A stretch of 64,000 bases of DNA, taken from positions 9,512 to 73,511 of the forward strand of contig CAZJFL010000004.1 of the NCBI GenBank assembly GCA_964545575.1, given 5' to 3'. The stretch comes from an uncultured Planctomycetales bacterium (lineage in GTDB: Bacteria; Omnitrophota; Gorgyraeia; Gygaellales; Profunditerraquicolaceae). The notes beneath the pieces are model-generated. The model was not told the origin of the DNA, searched no databases, and saw nothing but the letters and a program-made list of their open reading frames with translations. The translations under genes were made by a program, and so were the position numbers. Shown one piece after another: positions 23,809 to 32,399 of the stretch (positions are counted from its first letter, which is position 1; each line of letters starts with the position of its first letter).

Positions 23809-24417
23809 TTATTTTTTATTACTAGGGTTTATTACCTCATCGACCAGACCGTACTCTTTTGCTTCTTGGGCGGACATAAAATAATCGCGGTCGGTGTCCT
23901 TCTGGATTTTATCTATGGGCTGCCCGGTATGAAGCGCTAATATCTCGTTGATTTTATCGCGCATCTTCAAGATTTCTTTGGCATGGCGGGAGATATCTTC
24001 CGCCGCACCCTGTATTCCGCCCCAGGGCTGATGAATCATGATCCTGGAGTTGGGCAGGACATGGCGTTTGCCTTTTGCGCCGGCGCACAAAAGTAATGCT
24101 CCCATGCTGGAAGCCTGGCCTACGCAATAGGTAGCTACGTCGCATTTTACGAAACGCATAGTATCATAGATAGCCAGGCCCGCGGTCACCGAGCCGCCGG
24201 GAGAATTAATATAGACGCTGATATCTTTATTGACATCTTCCATCTGCAGAAAGAGCATCTGGGCGATAATCAGGTTAGCCACGAAATCATCGACGGACGT
24301 ACCGATAAATACAATCCTGTCCTTTAGCAGGCGCGAGTAGATGTCGTATGCCCGCTCGTAACCGCGCGAAGTCTGCTCTATTACCATCGGAACCAAAGTC
24401 TGCGCTTTTGTATCCAT
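23809..24417 (-). CDS. clpP: ATP-dependent Clp protease proteolytic subunit
   Basis: [37 protein letters not shown]. Confidence 0.98.
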   Translation of the reverse strand: MDTKAQTLVPMVIEQTSRGYERAYDIYSRLLKDRIVFIGTSVDDFVANLIIAQMLFLQMEDVNKDISVYINSPGGSVTAGLAIYDTMRFVKCDVATYCVGQASSMGALLLCAGAKGKRHVLPNSRIMIHQPWGGIQGAAEDISRHAKEILKMRDKINEILALHTGQPIDKIQKDTDRDYFMSAQEAKEYGLVDEVINPSNKK

Positions 24418-24441
24418 TGTATCAACCTCCTCTTTTTTGAC

Positions 24442-25323
24442 TTAGGCCTCTTGAATCTTCCACTGTGCTTCCTTCAATAAAAATTCCATCACCTGGTGCG
24501 CCATGTGCTCATCCGCGGGGATCTTTTCTCTTTTTGCGATCTCCGCTAAAATCAGGTAAACCCTGACCTGCCTCTCGGCCTCCGGTAGCAGCTCTTTGGA
24601 CAGCTTATCCTCCTCTGTTTCAATCTTGTCGCGGGGAATACCTTTTAAGGCCAGGTCTAATTTCGTCTGCCTTAATAAATCCTCCAGCTGCCGGTTGACC
24701 ATGGAACGGGGTAATTTAAAGTCCAAATCCTTAGTCAGGCTCTCTATAATCTCATGTTCAATCTTCTGCCGCTGCATATTTTCTTTCTGAAGATAGATCT
24801 GCCGCTCTATTGCTTTTTCTAATTCCGATACATTCGGGTAACTTAAACCCTTGGCAAAATTATCGTCTATGCTTGAGATCTTACGCGCAACTTTTAAAGC
24901 TTCTAAATTATGTTTTATCTCCTCGGGCAAAACGCTAATCTTCTTATAGCTGATTTTAATTCCCTGATAACCTTTTAGCGCAATCTCGGGCCTGGTCTCC
25001 ACAAGCGCCTTAAAAGAAAGGGAGTTTCTGTCTAGTTTGACTTCGGATATCTCGGGCAATTCTATAACATCAAGCCCCTCTTTTTCAATCGCCTGGCTAT
25101 AAATATCGGGGATGAGGTCTTTCAGCACCATCTCGTGGGCCTGGCCGGAAAAGTTCTTCTCCAGGATATCCCGCGGGGCATGGCCTACGCGGAACCCCGG
25201 CACTTTAGCCTCGCCGGCGATTTTCTTAAAGGCGTCCTCAAACTTATTCTTGACCACGTCGCCGCTTACTTCAATACCGATCTCTCTTTTATTAGCCTCG
25301 ATTTTTTTGACTTCTGTTTTCAT
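24442..25323 (-). CDS. tig: Trigger factor, short form apparently lacking the FKBP PPIase domain
   Basis: Ribosome-binding loop VPGFRVGHAP; about 293 aa; directly upstream of clpP. Confidence 0.88.
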   Translation of the reverse strand: MKTEVKKIEANKREIGIEVSGDVVKNKFEDAFKKIAGEAKVPGFRVGHAPRDILEKNFSGQAHEMVLKDLIPDIYSQAIEKEGLDVIELPEISEVKLDRNSLSFKALVETRPEIALKGYQGIKISYKKISVLPEEIKHNLEALKVARKISSIDDNFAKGLSYPNVSELEKAIERQIYLQKENMQRQKIEHEIIESLTKDLDFKLPRSMVNRQLEDLLRQTKLDLALKGIPRDKIETEEDKLSKELLPEAERQVRVYLILAEIAKREKIPADEHMAHQVMEFLLKEAQWKIQEA

Positions 25324-25327
25324 AAGG

Positions 25328-26050
25328 CTACATCGTAAATTTTTCACCCAGATAAATCTGGCGTGCTTGCGGGTTATTAATTAACTCCTCGGCAGTCCCG
25401 GAGATAAGAATCTTGCCCTCAGCGATTAAATAAGCCCTGTCGGTTATGGAAAGCGTCTCGCGCACATTATGGTCGGTAAGTAAAATCCCCAGGCCCCTCT
25501 CTCTTAATTCCTTGATGATCTCCTGCGCCTCATTGACGACGATGGGGTCTATGCCGGAGAAAGGTTCATCCAAAAGTATAAAAGACGGGTTTGTCACCAG
25601 CGCCCGGGTAATCTCCAGGCGCCTTCTCTCCCCTCCGGATAACGTGTAGGCCTTGTGTCTGGCCAGATGCGCGATGTTTAGTTCCTCGAGAAGCGATCTT
25701 AGCCTCTCTGTTCTCTGTGTCCTGCCCAAAGGCAGGGTTTCCAGGATCGCCATAATGTTTTCCTCCACCGTCAGCTTTCTGAATACGGAGGGCTCCTGCG
25801 AAAGATAGCCTATGCCGTAACGGGCCCGTGCATGTATGGGGAGGCTGGTAATATCATGATTATCAAAAATAATTTGCCCGCGACTGGGCGGAATAATGCC
25901 CACGATCATATAAAAGGTCGTGGTTTTTCCGGCGCCGTTGGGGCCCAGGAGCCCGACGATCTCGCCGCGCTTAACCAGAATATCCACACCCCTGACCACC
26001 GGTCGGCCGTCGTAAGCCTTATGCAGCCCCTTAATTTCCAACAGGTGCAT
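25328..26050 (-). CDS. lptB: LPS export ABC transporter ATPase LptB
   Basis: GPNGAGKTTTF, LSGGERRRLEI, LLDEPFSGIDP, TDHNVRETL. Confidence 0.96.
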   Translation of the reverse strand: MHLLEIKGLHKAYDGRPVVRGVDILVKRGEIVGLLGPNGAGKTTTFYMIVGIIPPSRGQIIFDNHDITSLPIHARARYGIGYLSQEPSVFRKLTVEENIMAILETLPLGRTQRTERLRSLLEELNIAHLARHKAYTLSGGERRRLEITRALVTNPSFILLDEPFSGIDPIVVNEAQEIIKELRERGLGILLTDHNVRETLSITDRAYLIAEGKILISGTAEELINNPQARQIYLGEKFTM

Positions 26051-26933
26051 TTTTAAAGTCCTCCGTGGATTCGATGATCAATTTGGGCCTTCCGGTAAGG
26101 GTAATCTTTTTATCGGCTGCGCTATAAATCGCTTCGTCGCTGTAGGAGACGTTTTCTCCCCGTACGATTTTGACGTTTCCGTGCGCGATGATCCGGTCTA
26201 TCCTGCCGCTCATCCCCAAATCTTCTTTATCTTTTGATTTTACGGCGCCTGTGTTTTTTTCGGAAATAAAATAGATATCCATCACATCGCTGTAAATCTG
26301 TGAGCCATTTCTATCTACCTTCACATTTTTATTAAAGGTGGCTATATTTTTGGCGTAATCTATATCCAGTTGGCCGTCGCAGGTAATAATGATTTTATCA
26401 CTGGGGGCCCCTGTCTTCTGTTTTCCTGGCTCCGCCGGCAGCATCTGGACATTGACATCTTTTTCCAAGGTCACCTTATTTAAAGACGGCTCTGCATGCG
26501 CGCCAAGGGCGGTAGTGATCATGCTTTCTCTTTCTATATTTACCTCATCCTTAGTCGAGATAAGATTGTTTTTTCGGTCCCAGTCCAGAGAATCCGTGGT
26601 AAGCTTGGCCCCCGATGAAGTAGTAACTACAACGTTCTGTTCGAGGTGGACGTTATTATCCGCCTTATTAAAATCCCCTCTGTCTGCGACCAGCTTGATA
26701 GTATCTTTTTCTCCGTAAAGATTACCGATAATATCTTTAAGCTTGATCAGGTCGGTAAATATATCCGCGGACTTTCCGGATATATCCCAGGTCTTTTTTC
26801 CTCTTTCCCCGTATCCGGCCAGAGAAAACTCATTTATCTGCTGGTCCGAGTCAAGGGCGGCCTGCTCCTGCTTAGCCAGGGCCGGATTAACCAACAACAT
26901 AAAAATAAATACCGCTACTAACCTTTTAATCAT
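26031..26933 (-). CDS. LptC/LptA(OstA)-like beta-jellyroll LPS transport protein, probably two domains
   Basis: N-terminal signal/anchor; LTTDSLDW (LptC-like), then IIAHGNVKIV...AIY...ITLTGRPK (LptA-like); between kdsC and lptB. Confidence 0.8.
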   Translation of the reverse strand: MIKRLVAVFIFMLLVNPALAKQEQAALDSDQQINEFSLAGYGERGKKTWDISGKSADIFTDLIKLKDIIGNLYGEKDTIKLVADRGDFNKADNNVHLEQNVVVTTSSGAKLTTDSLDWDRKNNLISTKDEVNIERESMITTALGAHAEPSLNKVTLEKDVNVQMLPAEPGKQKTGAPSDKIIITCDGQLDIDYAKNIATFNKNVKVDRNGSQIYSDVMDIYFISEKNTGAVKSKDKEDLGMSGRIDRIIAHGNVKIVRGENVSYSDEAIYSAADKKITLTGRPKLIIESTEDFKNAPVGN

Positions 26934-27462
26934 GGTAAAGCTCAACCAGCCCCTGCCATTTGCCTTGCGACTCTAGAATTAATTCCGCCACCTCTCTTAC
27001 CGCCCCGCGGCCCCCGTACCTTGTGGTGATATATGCCGCTACCTGTTTAATCTCAAGTGCCGCGTTAAATACGGCTATCGGAAAACCCACTCTTCTCATC
27101 AGGCATAAATCCACCAGGTCGTCTCCCACAAAACATATTTCCTCAAGGCTTACTTTATATTTTTTTAAAATCTTATCCAGTACTTTTGTCTTCGGCGAAA
27201 CATCGGAAAAAACCGCATCCACCCGCATATCCCTGGCCCGCGGCTTTATGCTGCGGGAACCCTTGGCGGTAATCAGGATGGTCGGAATGCCCGCTTTTTT
27301 TAAAAGGTAAACCCCCAATCCGTCATGCACATCAAAAAACTTCATATCGTGGCCGCGCGAATCATAGATGATGCGCCCGTCGGTAAGCACGCCGTCCACA
27401 TCCAGAAGCAATAACTTAATCTTTTTCAAGCGCCCGGATAATTCGGCGGTTAATTCCGGCAT
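26926..27462 (-). CDS. kdsC: KDO 8-phosphate phosphatase
   Basis: LDVDGVLTDG, FDVHDG, GDDLVD, GGRGAVRE. Confidence 0.95.
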   Translation of the reverse strand: MPELTAELSGRLKKIKLLLLDVDGVLTDGRIIYDSRGHDMKFFDVHDGLGVYLLKKAGIPTILITAKGSRSIKPRARDMRVDAVFSDVSPKTKVLDKILKKYKVSLEEICFVGDDLVDLCLMRRVGFPIAVFNAALEIKQVAAYITTRYGGRGAVREVAELILESQGKWQGLVELYHD

Positions 27463-27464
27463 GG

Positions 27465-28433
27465 CTAAACCACTCCTGCCTTCAAGAGGTCCTGCACGTC
27501 TAATAAGCCTACGGGCCGGCGGTTTTTATCCACTACCGGGACCTCGTCAATCTTTTTTTCCTGCAGTATGTGTATGGCTTCGGCGGCAAGCCTGTCTCTA
27601 GCAATTACCAGGGGGTTCCTAGTCATGACCTCCTTGATTTTGCGCCTGGGCAATTTTTCATCGCTGCCTAAGTGCCGGCGTAAATCACCGTCGGTAAAAA
27701 TCCCCACCAATCTTCCTTTTTTATCTACGATTGAGGCGGAGCCTGCGCGCGCCTGGGTAATTTTAAAAAGCACCACGGAAACCGTCTTATTTTCACTGAT
27801 CACTGGATTAGCCCTTCCCGTGCGCATAATGTCTTCGACTTTAAGCAGCAGGCGGCGGCCTAAAGCGCCACCGGGATGGAAAAAGGCAAAGTCTTTTTCC
27901 TTAAAACCTTTTTGTTCCAAGAGGCATACCGAAAGCGCATCCGCCATCGCCAGGGTTGCGGTGGTGGAGGCTGTAGGGGCTAACCCCAAAGGGCAGGCTT
28001 CTTTTTTTACCGATACGTCCAAAACCACGTCGCTATATTTAGCCAGCATCGATTTAGTATTGCCGGTAAGGGCAATGATCCTGGCGCCGATTTTTTTTAA
28101 TATGGGGAGCAATTGTTTTATTTCGGCGGTGGAGCCGCTATTAGAAACCACGATTACCACGTCATCTTTGGTGACCTTGCCTAAATCTCCGTGGATTGCC
28201 TCGGCAGTGTGTAAAAACAGGCTCGGGGTGCCGGTAGAAGCAAGAGTAGCGGAGAACTTCTGGGCGATTATTCCGGTCTTACCCATACCACTGACAATCA
28301 CCCTGCCCCGGGTCTTTAACATCAGGTTCAGGGCTTCTTTGAAGTTGCTACCGAGGCGCTTTTTCAGGGCGCTGATGGCCGCGGCTTCAATACTTAAGAC
28401 TTCTTTTGCCCTCTTGAGCACATTTTCTTTCAT
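27465..28433 (-). CDS. kdsD: Arabinose 5-phosphate isomerase (SIS + CBS)
   Basis: GMGKTG, EAIHGDLG, LAPTAST, HPGGALG, CBS pair. Confidence 0.95.
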   Translation of the reverse strand: MKENVLKRAKEVLSIEAAAISALKKRLGSNFKEALNLMLKTRGRVIVSGMGKTGIIAQKFSATLASTGTPSLFLHTAEAIHGDLGKVTKDDVVIVVSNSGSTAEIKQLLPILKKIGARIIALTGNTKSMLAKYSDVVLDVSVKKEACPLGLAPTASTTATLAMADALSVCLLEQKGFKEKDFAFFHPGGALGRRLLLKVEDIMRTGRANPVISENKTVSVVLFKITQARAGSASIVDKKGRLVGIFTDGDLRRHLGSDEKLPRRKIKEVMTRNPLVIARDRLAAEAIHILQEKKIDEVPVVDKNRRPVGLLDVQDLLKAGVV

Positions 28434-29242
28434 CGCGTTTTCTCTATCTTCTTTACTTGCTTCAGGAGCTCCTCTAAATCCGCAAGGTAAATCATATTCG
28501 GCCCGTCGCAGGGCGCTTTATCAGGAGAGGGATGCACCTCCAGAAATAACCCGTCACAGCCAAAAGCCACGGCGGCGCGCGATAAACCGGAAACAAACTC
28601 CCGCTCTCCACCGGAACAAGCGCCTTTTCCTCCAGGAAGCTGAATACTGTGCGTGGCATCGTAAATCACCGGATACCCGAAATCGCGCATAATCTTTAAG
28701 CTTCTAAAATCAGAAACTAAATTATTGTAGCCGAAACAGGCGCCGCGTTCGGTAATAAGAATCTTTTTGTTCCCGGTTGACTCTACCTTTTTGATGATCG
28801 ACAGAATATCCCAAGGGGCCAGGAATTGTCCTTTTTTGATATTGACCACTTTGCCGGTTTCTCCCGCCGCCACTACAATATCCGTCTGGCGGCAGAGGAA
28901 TGCCGGAATCTGGATAATATCCACAACGGCCGCTACCTCGCCTATTTCTTTCTGACAATGGATATCGGTTAATATCGGTACTTTGACTTTTTGTTTAACT
29001 TTACGCAAAACCGCCAACCCTTTTTTCAATCCGGGGCCGCGATAAGAATCAAGGGACATGCGGTTAGCCTTGTCAAAACTGGATTTAAAAATAAAAGGCA
29101 TATCTAGTTTTCCGGCGATATCCTTTATTCTCTTAGCTATCTCTAGGCATGCGGACTCGCCCTCGATGACGCAGGGCCCGGCAATCAATACCAGGGAACT
29201 CTTGTCGCCTATTCTTATGTTATTTACGCTGATTTGGCGCAT
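28430..29242 (-). CDS. kdsA: KDO 8-phosphate synthase
   Basis: AGPCVIE, KSSFDKANR, QIPAFLCRQT, KKGQF, DATHS. Confidence 0.97.
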   Translation of the reverse strand: MRQISVNNIRIGDKSSLVLIAGPCVIEGESACLEIAKRIKDIAGKLDMPFIFKSSFDKANRMSLDSYRGPGLKKGLAVLRKVKQKVKVPILTDIHCQKEIGEVAAVVDIIQIPAFLCRQTDIVVAAGETGKVVNIKKGQFLAPWDILSIIKKVESTGNKKILITERGACFGYNNLVSDFRSLKIMRDFGYPVIYDATHSIQLPGGKGACSGGEREFVSGLSRAAVAFGCDGLFLEVHPSPDKAPCDGPNMIYLADLEELLKQVKKIEKTR

Positions 29243-29982
29243 TATATTTTATTGGTTTTTAAATATCGTTTGACTTTTTCCAGGTCTTCCGGCGTATCCA
29301 CGCCGATAGTGTCATATTTTGTCTCGATCACCTTTATCCGGTAACCATCTTCCAGGACCCTGAGCTGCTCCAGGCGCTCTATTTCTTCCAAGCGCGAAAC
29401 CGGAATATTCTTATAGATAAAAAGGAAGTCTTTGGTGTAACCGTATAAACCTATGTGTTTATAATAGGCCGTGGATGCGGACTTTAAGTTCTCTGCGCGG
29501 TAAGGAATAACTGCCCGGGAGAAATAAAGGGCGAAATTATTCTTGTCAGCAACGACCTTGACGATATTAGGGTCGTTTAACTCCTGCGGATTTTCTATTT
29601 TCTTGATGATCGTGGACATCGAAAGCTTCGGGTCGTCCAGTAACGCCTGTGCCAGGGCGTCAATCATCATCGGGTTGACCAAGGGCTCATCTGCCTGGAT
29701 ATTAATCACTATTTTTACGTCTATGGGGTTAACTGCCTCACAGATCCTGTCTGTGCCGGAAACATGGCCTTTTACCGTTAAAGCTACCTTTGCCCCGAAC
29801 ATAGCGGCAGCATCGGCGATGCGCTGGTCATCGCAGGCAATGATTAAGTCGTCCAAAAGGCGCGCCTGTTTTGCCCGTTCCCAGACGTGCTGCAACATGG
29901 GCTTGCCCAGTATCTCAGCCAGGACTTTGCCTTCGAATCTGGTGGAAGAATATCTTGCCGGGATTACTCCGATGACGTCCAT
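29242..29982 (-). CDS. kdsB: CMP-KDO synthetase
   Basis: IPARYSSTRF.GK, SGTDR, ALYFSR, LEQLR, VDTPED. Confidence 0.96.
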   Translation of the reverse strand: MDVIGVIPARYSSTRFEGKVLAEILGKPMLQHVWERAKQARLLDDLIIACDDQRIADAAAMFGAKVALTVKGHVSGTDRICEAVNPIDVKIVINIQADEPLVNPMMIDALAQALLDDPKLSMSTIIKKIENPQELNDPNIVKVVADKNNFALYFSRAVIPYRAENLKSASTAYYKHIGLYGYTKDFLFIYKNIPVSRLEEIERLEQLRVLEDGYRIKVIETKYDTIGVDTPEDLEKVKRYLKTNKI

Positions 29983-29983
29983 C

Positions 29984-30997
29984 TTATTTTATGCTCTCCA
30001 ATAATTCCTTGCGGCTGGCGGTAGCAGTGCCTACCTTGCCCACTACGATACCGGCGGCAAAATTAGCCAGGTGTGCCGCTTCTAGTTTTGTAGCCCCGCA
30101 GGCAAGCGCTAAAGTAAATGTGCCCACCACCGTATCTCCCGCACCCGAAACATCAAAAACTTCCTGCGCAACAGTGGGTATATGAATAATACGGCCTTGT
30201 TTCTGGAATAAACGCATCCCCTGTTCCCCTAAGGTAACCAAGATTGAATCTAAACCCAAGTATTCTAAAATCTGCTGCGCGGAATTATCAATATCCCTAT
30301 CGGTAAATAATTTATCATTGTGCAGTTTGAGCTTATTGCTGGTGTCTCTGATTTTTAGATTACGAATAGCGTTTTCCAGTTCTTTACGGTTAGGGGTAAT
30401 AGAGGTAACGCCCCGGTAATACTGGAAATGTTCTTCTTTGGGGTCAACGATGATAATCTTTTTATGCGCACGGGCGAGCATAATCAAGCCTTCTATCAAC
30501 TCTACATTAATCACTCCCTTGCCGTAATCCTCAATAATAATGGCATCGAATTTATCTATCTTTTTTTTAATAAAATTAAAAATCCTCTGATTGAGATTTC
30601 CGGGCAGGGCATCGGTACGCTCCCAGTCAATCCTGACCAACTGCTGGTGCCCGGCGATAACCCGCGTCTTAACCGTGGTATACCTTTTAGGCTCCACAAA
30701 AATGCCGCCGGCGGGAATATTTATTTTCTCTAGCTCCGCTAATAAAATACCGCTCTGCTCATCTTTTCCCACTACTCCCACTAGCGAGACTTTACCGTCC
30801 ACTGAACGGATGTTACAGGCTACATTCGCAGCACCTCCCGGCACAAAGGTGCGCTTATCTGCCCAGACCACCGGCACCGGCGCCTCGGGAGAAATCCGCT
30901 CTACTTTTCCCCAGATGTATTCATCCAGAATTAAGTCTCCCAGGACCAATACGCGCGCCTGGGGGAATCTGGAAATTATGTTTTTCAGCTTTTTCAT
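29984..30997 (-). CDS. rfaE1: D-glycero-beta-D-manno-heptose-7-phosphate kinase (RfaE domain I)
   Basis: RISPEAPVPV, GGAANVA, DYGKG, VDPK, DVSGAGDT. Confidence 0.92.
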   Translation of the reverse strand: MKKLKNIISRFPQARVLVLGDLILDEYIWGKVERISPEAPVPVVWADKRTFVPGGAANVACNIRSVDGKVSLVGVVGKDEQSGILLAELEKINIPAGGIFVEPKRYTTVKTRVIAGHQQLVRIDWERTDALPGNLNQRIFNFIKKKIDKFDAIIIEDYGKGVINVELIEGLIMLARAHKKIIIVDPKEEHFQYYRGVTSITPNRKELENAIRNLKIRDTSNKLKLHNDKLFTDRDIDNSAQQILEYLGLDSILVTLGEQGMRLFQKQGRIIHIPTVAQEVFDVSGAGDTVVGTFTLALACGATKLEAAHLANFAAGIVVGKVGTATASRKELLESIK

Positions 30998-30999
30998 CT

Positions 31000-31929
31000 T
31001 TATAATTTCTCAATCACTGCCTGCGCTAAAAGCGGCAGCATGATCTCATGGTGGCCGATAATATAATAACCTTTGCCGCCGGCCATCACCGGGCGGTATA
31101 CCACGTTTTGCGCGGGGCGGTAATGATAAATCATATCAAAATTTGCGGTGGTAAAATCTTTAACTTGCGCACCCAAATTACGGGATAAATTCAGGGCTTT
31201 TAAAAATACCTCCGGCAGGATGACGCTAGAGCCGAAATTTAACACTACCCCGCCCTTATTTATCTTTCCTACATTATCTACGAGGGTATAAAAATCCTTT
31301 AAACTGCCTTGGGCGGTTAAAGCGGCGTTAAAAGAGGGGTGCTGATGGATAATATCCGTGCCCACCGCCACGAATACGCAAACCGGTACTTTATACTTAT
31401 GGGCCGCGTTAAGCAGGCTCAAGTTTTTATAGCGTAATTTGGAAGCGCTGATTTTAGCAGCCACTGCCTGGCCTAACCCGAAACCGTCAGAGACTCCTTC
31501 TTCTACCGTTCTATTTATAAAATCAGCGGTCTCCCTGCCCATGCCAAACTTGCCTGTTTTTAAGTTTTCGCCCACATCCTCGGAAGTCTCACCCTGCAGG
31601 GCAATTTCAAAATCGTGGATTATCCCTGCGCCGTTTAGACAAAGACAGGTAATTACCCTCTTTTTTATTAATGCAATCAATACCGGGTTAAGCCCGCATT
31701 TAATCACGTGGGCGCCGGCCATAAAGATCACCGCTTTTTTAAGTTTACGCGCTTTTACCAGGGCATCTGCTATGGCACGCAGGTCCCTTGCCTTTAAGAT
31801 GTCGGGAAGAGAGCCATAGAACCTGGCGAAACTCTCACCCCGCAAAGGCGGTTGGGCGAAATCGCGCACCCGGACCTTGGCTTTACGCTTGAAGACCGAA
31901 TATGTCCTGACTTTATTAATATTGATCAT
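31000..31929 (-). CDS. Conserved hypothetical protein, probably deoxyhypusine-synthase-like fold
   Basis: GAHVIKCGL, NGAGIIHDFE, GTDIIH, GSSVILPEVFLKA, GHHEIM; first gene of the heptose/Kdo run. Confidence 0.75.
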   Translation of the reverse strand: MININKVRTYSVFKRKAKVRVRDFAQPPLRGESFARFYGSLPDILKARDLRAIADALVKARKLKKAVIFMAGAHVIKCGLNPVLIALIKKRVITCLCLNGAGIIHDFEIALQGETSEDVGENLKTGKFGMGRETADFINRTVEEGVSDGFGLGQAVAAKISASKLRYKNLSLLNAAHKYKVPVCVFVAVGTDIIHQHPSFNAALTAQGSLKDFYTLVDNVGKINKGGVVLNFGSSVILPEVFLKALNLSRNLGAQVKDFTTANFDMIYHYRPAQNVVYRPVMAGGKGYYIIGHHEIMLPLLAQAVIEKL

Positions 31930-31940
31930 AGGAAACTATA

Positions 31941-31968
31941 ATTTTAGCATAAATTATGCCTAAATCAA
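31941..31968 (-). promoter_or_regulatory. Putative sigma70 promoter for the heptose/Kdo operon
   Basis: Minus strand TTGATT-16 nt-TAAAAT with TG extended -10, just upstream of ATG 31929. Confidence 0.5.
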
Positions 31969-32050
31969 CTATATTTAATGCCTTTTAGCAATGTAGTACA
32001 ATGCCCCTGCCGAGCTGCTCTGCTTTAAGTCGCTTTTGCCCATACATATT

Positions 32051-32221
32051 AGTTTTGCTGCGGGTTTGTTCGCGCACTGAAATTTTTTGCCGTGCACTAC
32101 GGTTTACTCGTCACTGCGGACAGTATGCTTACGCGGATGCGCCACCTGCGTTCCTCGTAAGCCCTTGTGCACTCCTGCCAAAAAATTTCTAATGTGCGCT
32201 CACAAATCCCTCCGCAAAACT
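32051..32221. repeat. ~170-bp rod-like hairpin element, copy 1 (second copy inverted at 60929-61108)
   Basis: About 90% identical by hand alignment to the reverse complement of 60935-61102; imperfect terminal inverted repeats TTTTGC...GCAAAA. Confidence 0.92.
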
Positions 32222-32250
32222 CAAGCAATTGACTAAAATCGACATTCCTG

Positions 32251-32273
32251 CCCGCCAAAGTTTTAGTGGCGGG
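32251..32273. repeat. 23-bp hairpin CCCGCCA-N9-TGGCGGG
   Basis: 20/23 identical to 62466-62488. Confidence 0.8.
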
Positions 32274-32313
32274 CGCTCGCACCTCGCCAGTGGCATTATT
32301 TACAACTAAATAA

Positions 32314-32395
32314 TGCTGGTTAGCGGTTGGCACGGGGATGCTTCGCAGCGCATCTAGCGCAAGAAGCGCCCCGTGACAGGACCCGCTAAGCAGTT
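32314..32395. repeat. Structured hairpin element sharing a 19-nt end with 48299-48427
   Basis: caggacccgctaagcagtt at 32377-32395 and 48395-48413; tagcgg/ccgcta and cacgggg/ccccgtg stems. Confidence 0.75.
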
Positions 32396-32399
32396 AAAA

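Noticed and set aside
27568-28692. 374-aa plus-strand ORF and the many other plus-strand ORFs
   Set aside because: Antisense shadows of well-identified minus-strand genes (here kdsD/kdsA), with no recognisable motifs.
32001-32333. Short ORFs over the 170-nt element (also 60912-61100), similar to each other at protein level
   Set aside because: The similarity follows from the DNA repeat. An indel shifts the frame between copies and substitutions track base pairing, not codons.
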